Below are positions 63,201-64,000 of a stretch of 64,000 nt of DNA, piece after piece (within the stretch, counting starts at the first letter, position 1; each line of letters opens with the position of its first letter). This DNA comes from Eledone cirrhosa (lineage: Eukaryota), in contig OZ024743.1 in the NCBI GenBank assembly GCA_964016885.1, positions 270,940,001 to 271,004,000 on the forward strand, written 5' to 3'. Position numbers and translations under genes: made by a program. Under the pieces are notes generated by a model. That model worked only from the letters and a program-made list of their open reading frames with translations. It was not told where the DNA came from and ran no database searches.

Positions 63201-64000
63201 ACTACAGTAGTCTCGACTTTTGTATTGTTAACTACACTAGTCTCGACTTTTGTATTGTTGTTAACTACAGTAGTCTCGACTTTTGTATCGTTGTTCACTA
63301 CACTAGTCTCGATTTTTGTATTGTTGTTAACTACAGTAGTCTCGACTTTTGTATTGTTGTTAACTACAGTAGTCTCGACTTTTGTATTGTTGTTAACTAC
63401 AGTAGTCTCGACTTTTGTATCGTTGTTAACTACAGTAGTCTCGACTTTTGTATTGTTGTTAACTACAGTAGTCTAGACTTTTGTATTGTTAACTACAGTA
63501 GTCTCGACTTTTGTATTGTTGTTAACTACACTAGTCTCGACTTTTGTATTGTTGTTCACTACAGTAGTCTCGACTTTTGTATTGTTGCTAACTACAGTAG
63601 TCTAGACTTTTGTATTGTTAACTACAGTAGTCTAGACTTTTGTATTGTTGTTAACTACAGTAGTCTCGACTTTTGTATTGTTGTTCACTACAGTAGTCTC
63701 GACTTTTGTATTGTTGTTAACTACAGTAGTCTCGACTTTTGTATTGTTGTTAACTACAGTAGTCTCGACTTTTGTATTGTTGTTCACTACAGTAGTCTCG
63801 ACTTTTGTATTGTTGTTAACTACAGTAATCTCGACTTTTGTATTGTTGTTCACTACAGTAGTCTCGACTTTTGTATTGTTGTTCACTACACTAGTCTAGA
63901 CTTTTGTATTGTTGTTCACTACAGTAGTCTAGACTTGTATTGTTGTTCACTACAGTAGTCTCGACTTTTGTATTGTTGCTAACTACAGTAGTCTCGACTT
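48294..64000. repeat. 33-bp tandem satellite (TTGTTGTTAACTACAGTAGTCTCGACTTTTGTA)n, about 475 units, continuing past the window end
   Basis: Period 33 with occasional 31- and 30-bp units. Diverged precursor-like units at 48240-48310. Confidence 0.98.

Noticed and set aside
48716-63886. - strand (VETTVVNNNTK)n protein
   Set aside because: Repeatedly broken by TAG from the common TCTAGA variant and by 2-bp deletions
48294-64000. CRISPR-like array
   Set aside because: Head-to-tail repeats with no unique spacers, no cas genes, and a eukaryotic context

Overview
Eukaryotic, AT-rich, repeat-saturated animal genomic DNA. The SINE/LINE families and dense (TA)n/(CA)n tracts look like an octopus or other coleoid cephalopod; this is an inference. 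Host genes: two short + strand exons (34262-34388 and 41116-41313) splice in phase to give a mitochondrial presequence ending in 'HSIIKNTEREKG', matching the N-terminus of TRAP1 (mitochondrial Hsp90). No third exon was found, so the >15.7-kb 33-bp satellite (48294-end) most likely lies in TRAP1 intron 2. A 3.7-kb Thr-rich mucin-like exon candidate lies on the - strand (10730-7017) and carries four frameshifts. The most striking accessory content is Penelope-like elements (Naiad-type RT plus GIY-YIG at 11462-14292; another 3' end at 1-1406) with at least four families of type I hammerhead ribozymes and several fold-back (palindromic) derivatives inserted in (TA)n. Also present are RTE and CRE-type LINE remnants, a mariner relic, several MITEs, about 15 copies of one tRNA-derived SINE, and minisatellites. 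Most ORFs in the supplied track are microsatellite artefacts.
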